Below, in pieces: positions 9,465-18,684 of a DNA stretch of 36,909 nucleotides. The notes beneath the pieces were generated by a model. It made no database searches. It was not told the DNA's origin and saw only the letters and a list, made by a program, of their open reading frames with translations. This stretch comes from a virus. Where the stretch lies: the IMG/VR virus record IMGVR_UViG_3300045988_177880, positions 1 through 36,909 of that record. One strand, given 5' to 3'. Numbering within the stretch: position 1 is the stretch's first letter; each line of letters begins with the position of its first letter. The translations under genes and the position numbers were made by a program.

Positions 9465-9752
9465 TTACGCGCTCACGGCGGCCTGTGCGTCCGCGCAGAA
9501 CGCCTCTATTGCCGCCAAAATGTCATCGCGGCCCTCGGCTACATCATAACGGATGGTCAGTGTCGCCGGGCGGTAACGCGACCAGCGCGCCAATGTTGCG
9601 CCGCCGTTTCGCACTTCGCCCTCGGCCAATGTCATGATGCTCGCACCCTCGATATTGGCCACCGCACTGATGGCATATACGGCTGTCGTGTCCTCACTGT
9701 TGTCTATGCGCACGCTGCGGCGCAATGTCTCTCCTAATTTTACCTTGCTCAT
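9465..9752 (-). CDS. Hypothetical protein (first gene of the lysis transcription unit)
   Basis: 95-aa ORF in the operon frame, between the repeat/hairpin region and the holin. No motif recognised. Confidence 0.55.
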   Translation of the reverse strand: MSKVKLGETLRRSVRIDNSEDTTAVYAISAVANIEGASIMTLAEGEVRNGGATLARWSRYRPATLTIRYDVAEGRDDILAAIEAFCADAQAAVSA

Positions 9753-9775
9753 AATTTCTGTTTTTATTGTTGTTT

Positions 9776-9803
9776 TACTTGCGATTTACTTGCGTCTACT
9801 TGC
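9776..9803. repeat. Three tandem TACTTGC repeats at 10-11 bp spacing
   Basis: TACTTGC at 9776, 9787 and 9797, which reads GCAAGTA on the coding strand. They sit 24-50 nt upstream of the ATG at 9752. Confidence 0.7.
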
Positions 9804-9826
9804 AGTCTATTTAAGTTAAGCGCCAA

Positions 9827-9858
9827 AAACTAAAATAAGGCTTGCGTTATTTTAGTTT
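9827..9858 (-). terminator. Perfect 12-bp AT-rich hairpin overlapping the stop of the 112-aa gene
   Basis: AAACTAAAATAA-GGCTTGCG-TTATTTTAGTTT. On the minus strand the 3' arm runs into UUUUUGG. Confidence 0.55.
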
Positions 9859-10190
9859 CCGTCAGCTTCGGCGGCGATTTCGGCGCGTGCCTGCGCCTTG
9901 CAGGCTTCGGCAAAGGCGTTATACTCGGCGAACTCCTGCGGCTTGGCGTCGCGCTGGCGAAGGATGCCCAGCTCATCCGCCACGGTGTAGCGCTCGCGGA
10001 TAAGGCGCTCGACCGCAGCCTTGTAGGCCGTCTCGTCAAAGGACACGGGCAATTCGTCTACTTCCTCGTAGTCGTCCGCGTTGTATGTCATTGCGGCTAT
10101 GGCCTTGGCGGTCAGACCATCCGAGATGCGGCGGACGTACTTGCCGCTGTCAGAAGATATTCGATGATTGTTGTATTGTATCATAATCAA
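9852..10190 (-). CDS. Hypothetical protein, possibly a tail-fibre assembly/accessory protein (by position)
   Basis: 112-aa acidic ORF starting 9 nt after the tail-fibre stop. No firm motif. Confidence 0.5.
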   Translation of the reverse strand: MIMIQYNNHRISSDSGKYVRRISDGLTAKAIAAMTYNADDYEEVDELPVSFDETAYKAAVERLIRERYTVADELGILRQRDAKPQEFAEYNAFAEACKAQARAEIAAEADGN

Positions 10191-10199
10191 AAAATTAAG

Positions 10200-13100
10200 T
10201 TATGCACTTACAAGTGTAGCATTCATCTCCGCTGCCAATGCTATTATTTCGTCAGTGAGTTTGGCAAAGACCTCGGCGTGCAACTTGATGGTAAACTTAT
10301 ACTTCTCATTGGAGAGCATATCGCCCTCCTTTCTACGGTTGTTAAGCATATACTTGATGCTGTCAAGTGTCAGCTTGGGACTCTGCTCAAAACTTACCGT
10401 GCCCTGGGTCAGAGATTTGAGTTCTACGGTTTCCAACGCCACACAACCTACAAACATACCGGTCTTTTTGCCTTGCGTATCGTTTAATTCCATATTAAGC
10501 ACATAACGCAGATTACGGCAAGAGTCAAACACATACTCATTCCCCGTCAATCCGCCTGAGCCTGCAAACGATGCGGCTTGCAAACAGATGTCTCCTTGAA
10601 GGAGATGATTGCTGTTGTAAACCCCTCCCGATGCACCATTAACTATCGGCGGGAATGTGCGTGGGCCACGCGAATCCTGGCCTTTGCCATAATAATCAAA
10701 GCGAAAATTCCCTAATCCGCCATGGCTATATCCTCCGTCAATTTTCCGCCATATACTACTCGGATTTTGACATATACCCACGAACTTCATAATGATTTTG
10801 GCCTGCTCGTAGGTGATGTCAGTGAGGCCGTTGCCCTCGAAGTAGCCTGTTTCGCGATTATACTCGCCAAACTTACGTCCGTTTTTATAAAAGGCTTCGT
10901 TCCACGACTTGATAAAAGCCTCTTTGGCGCTGTCGTTTAGGCAGGTGAGGTCGCCCACATAGGCCGAAAGCAGGTTGTTAGGGTCTTTAAGTGCGAACTC
11001 TGCATCCCAAGCATATAGTTTGCCGTTCATTTGCCACGTGCGGTCGGTGCGTGCCGTGGTAGGCTTGTTGTTGGTGATGACGTTGTACTCCGCCTCGCCG
11101 TCAAAGCGCTCGGCATAGGCCTTCTGCGCCTCCCAAAACGCGTAGAAGCGCTTCTTCTCACGCACGTAGATGATGTCCGCAACGCCGTCAGTGCGCGTCT
11201 TAGGCGTCAGCGGCAGTGTCGCCGCCGTGTAATCTGTGGGCAGGCTCTGCCGTATGCCGTGGAACGCGTGTACCAGCATCGCGCCCACGTCCTCCTTATC
11301 AAGCCGCAGCACCTTATCGGCGTGCAGCCCATCGGCGTAAGCAGCGCCGCTGACAGTGAGATTGCCCACAATGCCGCTGTCGCCGTTGGCCATAATGCCC
11401 CAGCCTTTGGTAACGAGTTGGCCGTCCACTTCGACCGCGCCGCCGCTGCCACTGCCGGGAACGATGGTGGAAGTCTTGATAGAGCCGCCGGCAATAATAT
11501 CACCGTCAGCCTCAACTCTGTTGGCAAGTATGCCGTCGTTGACTTCGGCGCTTGATGCCGTCAGAGCTGCGCACGTGAGTTCTCCGGCCACGGCGGCACC
11601 ATTCTCAATATTTGCAACACCCTTGACCGTGAGATTGCCCTCGGTGCTGATATTGCCGTTGATGTCAATCTTAACCTCGTCAGCCTGGCAGAACGTAGCG
11701 CTGTCGCCGTGGACGACAATCCCGGAGACCTTTCCGGTGGTGCTGATATTGCCGTCAACGTCAATCTGGACTTCGTCAGCTTCACCGAACTTGGCAAGAT
11801 TGCCACGCACACCATAGCCTTGTATATCGCCGGTGGGGCAGGTAATATCGCCTTTGTCAACAGTCAGTCCGTTCTGCACTGTCAGGCCGTTGCCAACCGC
11901 CAATAAGCCGTCAACCTCGACATCGCCTTGTAAAGATGCATCGTCACACACCAAATTTCCTATCGCCAAGTCCTTGCCTGTGACATCGCCGAGCTTGACC
12001 ATTTTTCCGGCAGCCTTGTCATACTGCCACAGGTCGTTGCCGCTGCGGAAGATGCGGTCGGTGCGCGGCGTGGCGGTCTGTGTGCTGCCGCTCAGCGTAC
12101 AGTAATCGGTGTACTCGTCGCAGACGCTGAGAGGACAATACTCGCAGTTTTCTATCGCATCGCCGTTCACGGCCGGGTCATAGTTTATTGCCGCAAAAAA
12201 CGCCTTATTCGCCTGCGACCACCATATCGTATAATTACGGGTGGTTGGATACCCGGTTGTCGGCGTACCCAGCGGCGCGGCCATGCGCACGCGACACGGC
12301 AATATGCCTATATCGTCGCGCAGCTTGGTCAGTGCCATCTCGTGCAGCTGATTGTCTGCCGTGCTGTACCGATACAAACGCCCGTCTTGCACATTATAGT
12401 AAGCCTTGTCGCTCCATGGCTCCTGATTTCGGTCTTGCCACAAATAATCGTCATCCCATTTTGGATAATACGATCCATCTTGCTTGATTAAAAAGTTACC
12501 GTCAGCGGTCGAAAAATGCACGGTCGCCGCTCCCTGCTGCACATTGCCATTGGGGTCGCGCACTATCGGCGCAGCCGTCGAAGTATCGTCCGTCACGTCT
12601 CCGACAAATCCATCAAAGGCTACGATGCCGCTGATGCCAAGCGTATCGTGTTGCTCTTGCTTAGCACTCGCCAGGCTATCACTGAGGGTTTTGCGTATCG
12701 CCGCATGGTCGGCTGCATCTGTTTTTTCATGTGCCGTCAGCGCATCCGACACAGCCTTGCGTGCCGATGCCTCGTCTGCAAAAGCCTTGTCATTAGCCGT
12801 CTCATGTGCCGCCAGCGCATCAGCCACGGCCTTGGTTGAGTCCGTGGCCGTCTTGATGGAGGCCTCTGAGGTAGTCAGACGTTGAATTATCGATGAGATA
12901 TCCTGTGTTGCATTGTTTATTGCAGCCAATTGTGCTGATGACATCACACCGGCTGTTGCGGTCGTAGCACTCGGAAGCGTCACGGAGGCATCCTTCGCAG
13001 TGCCACCGGCATCTACAGTCTTGTATGTAATTGTAATCTTGTCTTCGGTCGCAGTGGTTCTGAGACCGAGTGCAGACAATGCTTCGGCAGACAGAGTGTC

Positions 13101-13223
13101 TACAATGCGCTGTACAAGGTCAACAAACAGTGTCCCAACGCGCATTGCTGTATTTTCGCCCTGAGATGCCGCATCACGTATTACTGCGGCCTGTGTGAGT
13201 AAGTCTTTGATTGTCGTTGCCAT
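10200..13223 (-). CDS. Tail fibre / receptor-binding protein, mosaic
   Basis: Coiled-coil A/D/T-rich N-terminal third. A G/V/N/D-rich beta-helix-like block includes a tandem 96-nt duplication (11643-11671 and 11739-11767). The C-terminus has BspA-like leucine-rich-repeat character (FDSCRNLRYV...FVGCVALETVELKSL). I chose the start at MATTIKDL (13223) because a -7 box sits at 13243-13250. The ORF is open to 13244. Confidence 0.7.
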   Translation of the reverse strand: MATTIKDLLTQAAVIRDAASQGENTAMRVGTLFVDLVQRIVDTLSAEALSALGLRTTATEDKITITYKTVDAGGTAKDASVTLPSATTATAGVMSSAQLAAINNATQDISSIIQRLTTSEASIKTATDSTKAVADALAAHETANDKAFADEASARKAVSDALTAHEKTDAADHAAIRKTLSDSLASAKQEQHDTLGISGIVAFDGFVGDVTDDTSTAAPIVRDPNGNVQQGAATVHFSTADGNFLIKQDGSYYPKWDDDYLWQDRNQEPWSDKAYYNVQDGRLYRYSTADNQLHEMALTKLRDDIGILPCRVRMAAPLGTPTTGYPTTRNYTIWWSQANKAFFAAINYDPAVNGDAIENCEYCPLSVCDEYTDYCTLSGSTQTATPRTDRIFRSGNDLWQYDKAAGKMVKLGDVTGKDLAIGNLVCDDASLQGDVEVDGLLAVGNGLTVQNGLTVDKGDITCPTGDIQGYGVRGNLAKFGEADEVQIDVDGNISTTGKVSGIVVHGDSATFCQADEVKIDINGNISTEGNLTVKGVANIENGAAVAGELTCAALTASSAEVNDGILANRVEADGDIIAGGSIKTSTIVPGSGSGGAVEVDGQLVTKGWGIMANGDSGIVGNLTVSGAAYADGLHADKVLRLDKEDVGAMLVHAFHGIRQSLPTDYTAATLPLTPKTRTDGVADIIYVREKKRFYAFWEAQKAYAERFDGEAEYNVITNNKPTTARTDRTWQMNGKLYAWDAEFALKDPNNLLSAYVGDLTCLNDSAKEAFIKSWNEAFYKNGRKFGEYNRETGYFEGNGLTDITYEQAKIIMKFVGICQNPSSIWRKIDGGYSHGGLGNFRFDYYGKGQDSRGPRTFPPIVNGASGGVYNSNHLLQGDICLQAASFAGSGGLTGNEYVFDSCRNLRYVLNMELNDTQGKKTGMFVGCVALETVELKSLTQGTVSFEQSPKLTLDSIKYMLNNRRKEGDMLSNEKYKFTIKLHAEVFAKLTDEIIALAAEMNATLVSA

Positions 13224-13242
13224 ATATCTATGTGTGTGTGGC

Positions 13243-13250
13243 ACAAAAAT
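13243..13250 (-). promoter_or_regulatory. -7 box TATTTTTG upstream of the tail-fibre gene
   Basis: Matches TAnnTTTG on the minus strand, 20 nt upstream of the ATG at 13223. No clear -33 TTTG. Confidence 0.4.
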
Positions 13251-13329
13251 ACTAAGTGGGCGCGGCCATTAAAAAGACGCACCCACATACCTACAAAAGC
13301 ACTAAATGCAATATACGGTCAAGCCTCAA

Positions 13330-13812
13330 TCATTTATGCAGAGCTCTGCGCACATCTGACAATTGTTCGCAGACCACGTGAGCGGCGTTTTCGGCGCCAA
13401 TGCGTGCGAGATCTTCAGCCATTGCCATCACGGACATATACAGTTTCTTTGAGTACCAGTCACGAGCTTTGCGCGGTTTGCCGGATGTCGTATAGCCGCC
13501 CCAAGCCGGGCCGACTTTGCGCGGATAGTCCAGTCTATGGGTGTGACGGTAGTCTTTGTCCAAAAATTCGAGGTCGCCAAGATTGCCCGGCGTGTATCCT
13601 CGTCCGGTGCCCAGTGCCTGATATATGCCGTATTGCGCGAAACGCATAGTGATGGTGGCCGACATCTCTGACTGCGCGATGGCGGAGGCAAAGCTCTCGT
13701 GCAACGCGCCTGTGCGGACGATACGCATCCGCTCGATTTTCTCACGCCAGATTTCCAATTGCGTATTGGTCCAAGCATCGTAATACTTGGAGATGTCTTC
13801 TATCTCTGCCAT
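13330..13812 (-). CDS. Hypothetical virion protein, weakly HK97 gp10-like (tail completion)
   Basis: 160 aa. IVRTGALHESF resembles the TG-L--S motif of gp10-family proteins. It overlaps the upstream gene by 13 nt. Confidence 0.35.
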   Translation of the reverse strand: MAEIEDISKYYDAWTNTQLEIWREKIERMRIVRTGALHESFASAIAQSEMSATITMRFAQYGIYQALGTGRGYTPGNLGDLEFLDKDYRHTHRLDYPRKVGPAWGGYTTSGKPRKARDWYSKKLYMSVMAMAEDLARIGAENAAHVVCEQLSDVRRALHK

Positions 13813-14303
13813 TCGTCCTCGCGGTATTTGAGGTCAACCGGCTCGCTTACATCGACCATGAAGTACAGTCCTGTGCAGCCGGACATGAAGTATTGACCGA
13901 GTTCACGCGACAGGATATTGTCTACATGCAGATAGATGAGGTCATTCTGTTTGTCGTCGGCATCTACGAGCAACTTGGATGCTATTTGGCGGAAAAGCGT
14001 GCGGCAGATGCCGAGTTGTCGTCCGCGGTCGGCTTCGTCTTTGATATTGTATCGGCGAACAATGAATACCGTGAACGTCCTGCGCTTATACCAACCACCT
14101 CCGCGTCCTTGAAACATCGCTCCGTCATTCGTGTCATCGAGGCAGAAGAACGCCTTGCTTGTGCGAAAGCGGTCGAGTGGTCCTTGAAGAGATTCGATTC
14201 CGCTGCACGTACAAAACCGAAAGTCATGATTCTGTGCATAGATGTTGCATCGGCAAATGTCTCCGAAGTACTTCTCAGCGTTGAAAAAGTTTAGTGCGTC
14301 CAT
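13800..14303 (-). CDS. Hypothetical structural protein
   Basis: 167-aa ORF tightly packed in the morphogenesis operon. No motif recognised. Confidence 0.55.
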   Translation of the reverse strand: MDALNFFNAEKYFGDICRCNIYAQNHDFRFCTCSGIESLQGPLDRFRTSKAFFCLDDTNDGAMFQGRGGGWYKRRTFTVFIVRRYNIKDEADRGRQLGICRTLFRQIASKLLVDADDKQNDLIYLHVDNILSRELGQYFMSGCTGLYFMVDVSEPVDLKYREDEWQR

Positions 14304-14304
14304 A

Positions 14305-15078
14305 TCAATTCTTGTTCTTTGCCATAGCGGCGTTTAGCTCCTCGGCCTCGCGAGCCTTGTAATCCAATTCTGTCAATGCACGCCAGCAGCCCGTGGCCAG
14401 TATGACCTCTTCCTTAGTCACATCACCGCCCGTCAATGCGCGTATCTGGTTGTTCATCGTCTCAAGCATGTTCGGAGCCTCGGTTGCTTCTGTCGTTACC
14501 ACCGGGCGGAAGAACCGGCTGAAGGTGCGTGCGAAGAGCGCCTTCACCTGCACCAGCCAGTTGAGGACATTGAGGACTTCCGCCTGTGTGAGTGTCTTAC
14601 CTCGGAATCCCGGGTATAGGATACCGGTCGCAGCCACCAACGATTCGACATTCTGCGAGGAGAGATACCCTTGGTAAAGGTTCTCGACACGCAACCAGTC
14701 GCCGAAAGCGACACCGCGGAGTTGCGCGTCCACGGCTGCACCTTTGCCGATTTTAGCAATTCGCACTGGGAACAGGCCGGCGGTATATACAAAATCAAGG
14801 CACTTGGCCTGTTCGGCTATCTGTGTCGGTGTAACATATACATACTTCAATCCTGCATTTGTGCGGATGGAGAGCTTCCACTTGCCGGGGACAATGCCTT
14901 CGCGCGACTGCCGTACTCCGGCAAGTATGCGGAACAATGTGTATGGCAGCGCTTCTTCCGATACCGTTGCCATAGCTTGATACACCAATCGTAACTCGGT
15001 ATCGTCCAATTCTGCCCATGACTTAGGCAGGTGGACATCTATAGTATTAGTCTCAGCCGAAAAAGTAGCACGTATCAT
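14305..15078 (-). CDS. Hypothetical structural protein
   Basis: Start set at MIRATFSAE (15078). The longer ORF to 15237 overlaps the preceding gene. Confidence 0.5.
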   Translation of the reverse strand: MIRATFSAETNTIDVHLPKSWAELDDTELRLVYQAMATVSEEALPYTLFRILAGVRQSREGIVPGKWKLSIRTNAGLKYVYVTPTQIAEQAKCLDFVYTAGLFPVRIAKIGKGAAVDAQLRGVAFGDWLRVENLYQGYLSSQNVESLVAATGILYPGFRGKTLTQAEVLNVLNWLVQVKALFARTFSRFFRPVVTTEATEAPNMLETMNNQIRALTGGDVTKEEVILATGCWRALTELDYKAREAEELNAAMAKNKN

Positions 15079-15901
15079 CTTGCTCGTTTCTGTAGTTGTC
15101 GAAATGGTTAGCCTTATAATTTGTCGAGGCCGCGTAAGTCGGAAACTCGGTAAGGTTGTCATCCAGATAAGACAATATGCGATCGCGCCACACGATAGTA
15201 TCAGCCGGGGTATGGTCACGCAACGCAGCTGCGACATACTCCCGGCATAGCTCTATAACCTCGGACTGCATCACTGTCGTGGAGGCGGTGGCTTCGGCCT
15301 TGCATAACTCGGCAAAAAACTCAGACGATATCAGAGTACGGAGTTTTGCTTCGGCGGCCATAATTGCCGGACGTTGCTCGACAAGGTCGCTCTGCGTTGG
15401 GTTAGCAATGCCCAGCAACCGCAAGACCCGCGTATGCCAATACAACGTACTGAAATATATGCGGATGTTTACCGGAGTTGTCCATGCCTCGAAGTAGCGT
15501 GCCTCGGATTTGATTTCGTCATAGTAGTCGGACATCTGCCGCGAAAGGCGGTCACGCAGCGCCTTGACACGGTCGACAGACGCCGGTACGACATTGTCGT
15601 TATTGACTACGCCGAAGCCGGTGGCCGTCAGTACGAGGTCAAGATGCGCAGACGCCTCATAATATGCACGTGCGCAGATGTAGCGCGTACATGCCTGTGC
15701 GAGTATGCCTTCGTGGTCGAGTTTGGGCACACCCAGATCCGGATTCACGGCGGCTATGCTGTCGTAGAGTTCCGGACCGAGAAACCGCCTCACTCGGCGA
15801 CAAGAATCGTCAACGAATCCTTGCATGGAGTTGAATAATTCTTCGTCAGGCATAATACCGGACGGGACTACGCGAACGAAGTCTTTATAGGTTATCGTCA
15901 T
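15053..15901 (-). CDS. Hypothetical head/connector-associated protein
   Basis: Start set at MTITYKDF (15901), 12 nt after the portal stop. The ORF extension to 16027 lies inside the portal gene. Confidence 0.5.
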   Translation of the reverse strand: MTITYKDFVRVVPSGIMPDEELFNSMQGFVDDSCRRVRRFLGPELYDSIAAVNPDLGVPKLDHEGILAQACTRYICARAYYEASAHLDLVLTATGFGVVNNDNVVPASVDRVKALRDRLSRQMSDYYDEIKSEARYFEAWTTPVNIRIYFSTLYWHTRVLRLLGIANPTQSDLVEQRPAIMAAEAKLRTLISSEFFAELCKAEATASTTVMQSEVIELCREYVAAALRDHTPADTIVWRDRILSYLDDNLTEFPTYAASTNYKANHFDNYRNEQDDTCYFFG

Positions 15902-15912
15902 ATCTGTATATC

Positions 15913-17322
15913 TTAGCTGTTGGCATCTTGTATTGACCCATCGCGAAGGCGCTTGACAGCATCGGTATTTTGGTCTAATGTCGTCAGAAGTACTATCGGC
16001 ACTTGCGGCTTGACAAGATTCTCCCATCTGTTGAAGTAGATTATCAGCTCGTGTACCTTGGCCAGTACGTCGTGCGTCGATGCTTCAAGTGCCTGCTTGA
16101 GGGTGAACAGCTCGCGTTTGTCCGAGCCGCTATTATTGCTTTGGCTCTTGCCGGGCACAGCTCCAACAAGGTTAGGATGTACGTTGGTGCCGTAGCACAG
16201 CATGTTGGACGTCTCTTGTATGTCGTCAGCCCAGTCTCCGCCTTCCTTGCCGGTGTCCACGACATTGATGCGCACCATGCGCTGCTCCTTTCCATAACTA
16301 TCGATATAGTAGCCGGTAATCCACACCTTGCCGCTGTTTTCTATCCCACAGACGAAGTTCTTGATATTCTCCTTTTCCTTCTTGATGCGTTCCTTCTGCG
16401 CCACCGGGTCTATGATTTGCTCGGCAGCGAGCAACGACGGCCAGTAATCTTTGTGTATCTCCACTTGGTACTTGACTGACGAGCTATTGCGTATCTTCGC
16501 TTTTTTCGCCTTCCCTATTAGTCGTTTTAGGTCAAACCAATCTCCGCGAAACAGAGCTGTATAATATGGGATAGGATAATAACGCTGCCCAGGTGTCGGA
16601 ACGCGCATCACCACTGCGAATTTGCGTGCGGTCGTACGCACCTTTGTCAGTCCGTCACGCCCCGGGGCGCGACCAAGGAGCGTTTCAAGGTGTCCCAACG
16701 GGTCGCGCTCATCTAACAGTGTAATCATCTCCACATCCTTGCGTGACAGGCCACCATTTTTTCGCCAGTTGGCGTAGAATATATGGTTAATACGCCCATG
16801 GTTGTCTGCTTTCTCGAAACGGCAATAGCACGCGTCCTTATGGCGCACTTGTACAATGCGCTTGCCCTCGCGGTCGAGGATGACCACGGCAACGGCAAAG
16901 AAGAAGTATTTGAGGTCGGTGCATTGTTCGAGGAAGAATTCGCGCATCGAGTTGTGCATCATCCACCGCTCAATGTCGGGATTGTCTGTCGGTTGGCCGG
17001 TCAGCTTGTCGGCATATTGGATACCATTGCCATAGGCCGTCAGGACGTTGAAGTACAGGTTCTGGCTCAGCACTTCGTCACCGCCGATTGTACGGATAAG
17101 GTGGAACGGCAGCAGGTTGTCGCCGCCGAACGGCATATATGTATATCCCGGATAGCCGGGGACAGGGCGTCCGGCAATATCGGCAGCATCTTCGTCAAAA
17201 ACCGAGGCCGAATCAACGACATCGATGTCCGATGCCGCCGCCATAGGAGCAGCGACATTGTATATCTCGCTGGGGATTGCGTCCGCGATGGCGGAGCGGT
17301 TATCTGATAACTTCGTATCCAT
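15913..17322 (-). CDS. Portal protein (HK97/PBSX-like, tentative)
   Basis: 469 aa. The stretch FFFAVAVVILDREGKRIVQVRHKDACYCRF resembles the conserved portal wing segment (G-a-lEv-r-GK-i-l-hv-a-t-R). The size is right, and it is the only unassigned portal-sized ORF. Confidence 0.6.
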   Translation of the reverse strand: MDTKLSDNRSAIADAIPSEIYNVAAPMAAASDIDVVDSASVFDEDAADIAGRPVPGYPGYTYMPFGGDNLLPFHLIRTIGGDEVLSQNLYFNVLTAYGNGIQYADKLTGQPTDNPDIERWMMHNSMREFFLEQCTDLKYFFFAVAVVILDREGKRIVQVRHKDACYCRFEKADNHGRINHIFYANWRKNGGLSRKDVEMITLLDERDPLGHLETLLGRAPGRDGLTKVRTTARKFAVVMRVPTPGQRYYPIPYYTALFRGDWFDLKRLIGKAKKAKIRNSSSVKYQVEIHKDYWPSLLAAEQIIDPVAQKERIKKEKENIKNFVCGIENSGKVWITGYYIDSYGKEQRMVRINVVDTGKEGGDWADDIQETSNMLCYGTNVHPNLVGAVPGKSQSNNSGSDKRELFTLKQALEASTHDVLAKVHELIIYFNRWENLVKPQVPIVLLTTLDQNTDAVKRLRDGSIQDANS

Positions 17323-17548
17323 TTATCTCAAAAAGTGTTATGTCTCTAAATTCGCGGATAAGGTAGCTGTCGGGCAGCTTGATGCGGTGAGTGCCGCCGC
17401 GCCAGTGACTACCGCAACACGTCACATCACGATAGGTGACTATATCTCCGGTAGATATTTTCCAAACGCGCAGCGTCACCGGCCGGCGGCTTTCCAGCAA
17501 GGCTATGGCATCGCGCCAATGCAGGCATTGTGTCGGACGGCTACTCAT
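17300..17548 (-). CDS. Hypothetical small protein
   Basis: 82 aa from MSSRPTQ. It overlaps the neighbouring genes by 8 and 23 nt. Confidence 0.4.
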   Translation of the reverse strand: MSSRPTQCLHWRDAIALLESRRPVTLRVWKISTGDIVTYRDVTCCGSHWRGGTHRIKLPDSYLIREFRDITLFEINGYEVIR

Positions 17549-18590
17549 AGGTCGAATCAAAGGTGTTATCAAACACACGCAGCGCCCTTGTCGCCTCGTC
17601 TCCCTGCATCGTGCGGCGACGTGTCAGCCTGTATGTCAGTGCGAAGTCAGCAATAGCGTGGTCTTCGTTCGTATACTTGATGTCAGCTGCTGTAATGGCG
17701 ATAGAATCTCCTTCGGCCGATGCTATGATATCATATAGCCATACGTCCTTGGCACGAGCCAGGTCGGTTGCCACCGCGACCATAGACGGGCGAAGCGGCC
17801 CGGTCTGCGCCTCGTGTGATACAATCTCGTCAATATGGTAGACACGATATGCGCTGTTCACATTAACATTGTCTCGCGTATATGCAACCGTGGTGGTCTT
17901 GGAGCCGGCAAAGTATAGCAGCTCGCGACAGCCGAATCGGTTGACGAAAGATATTACCGGATCGGCCTGCGGCAAGTCCAGCACGCGGTAGCGCTGCCTC
18001 CGGCGTCCGCACTGAATCTCGTATGAGATAAGGTTCTTCAACGGTTGATCGTCAAAGATGGCTGGCGAGACGTCCAACTCCACAAAATTCACCACATTGC
18101 CCAATTGTTTGGTTACTCGAGACAGCGTGTGCGTGTCGTTATCAGCGTATGTGCAGACAGCGACAGCCGCCTCACCATCCGCATCATACACCGGTAGTAG
18201 CTCTTTGCGACCGAGTGCCGTGTCGCGCTCGCCATGGCCGGAAGTCAGGTAAAATTCCCCGAGGTACTTTGTTGCATCGAGGTGCAGACGATAGTCACAA
18301 CGGAACACCTTTACACCGCCTATGGCCGCGGCCACACCATCAATAACAATGGTGAACTCGTCATAGGGCAAGGCATCCGGTTCTTCCGCATCGAGTTCCT
18401 CTTCAAATACGCGGTCAAGGTCATACACCGCCACACTTCGGTTGTATGTGTAATACGTGGCAGAGAAAATCGTTTCGGAGCCACGGCGGATGGCGAGTGT
18501 CACGGTTTCGGCAGACGAGAACAATGACACCACAGCGAACTGGCTGGAGAACATGTGCGGTTGTAGTACCGGGCTGATAGTTGCGGACAT
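17541..18590 (-). CDS. Hypothetical structural protein
   Basis: 349-aa ORF preceded by a -7 box. No motif recognised. Confidence 0.55.
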   Translation of the reverse strand: MSATISPVLQPHMFSSQFAVVSLFSSAETVTLAIRRGSETIFSATYYTYNRSVAVYDLDRVFEEELDAEEPDALPYDEFTIVIDGVAAAIGGVKVFRCDYRLHLDATKYLGEFYLTSGHGERDTALGRKELLPVYDADGEAAVAVCTYADNDTHTLSRVTKQLGNVVNFVELDVSPAIFDDQPLKNLISYEIQCGRRRQRYRVLDLPQADPVISFVNRFGCRELLYFAGSKTTTVAYTRDNVNVNSAYRVYHIDEIVSHEAQTGPLRPSMVAVATDLARAKDVWLYDIIASAEGDSIAITAADIKYTNEDHAIADFALTYRLTRRRTMQGDEATRALRVFDNTFDSTYE

Positions 18591-18607
18591 AGTTGTTGCT
18601 TTTAAGT

Positions 18608-18615
18608 CAAAGGTA
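18608..18615 (-). promoter_or_regulatory. -7 box TACCTTTG
   Basis: TAnnTTTG on the minus strand, 18 nt upstream of the ATG at 18590. Confidence 0.45.
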
Positions 18616-18658
18616 CAGAGCGATTGTGATTGCTAAAAAGACATTGAGATAAGCAAGA

Positions 18659-18684
18659 CCGGAAGCATTTCGCAACGCCTCCGG
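18659..18684 (-). terminator. Hairpin terminator candidate
   Basis: CCGGAAGC...GCCTCCGG (one mismatch). On the minus strand it is followed by UCUUGCUUAUCU. Confidence 0.4.

Noticed and set aside
10200-13223. Diversity-generating retroelement acting on the tail fibre
   Set aside because: No reverse transcriptase ORF and no template-repeat copy of the fibre 3' end occur anywhere in the window. The internal repeats are in-frame tandem duplications.
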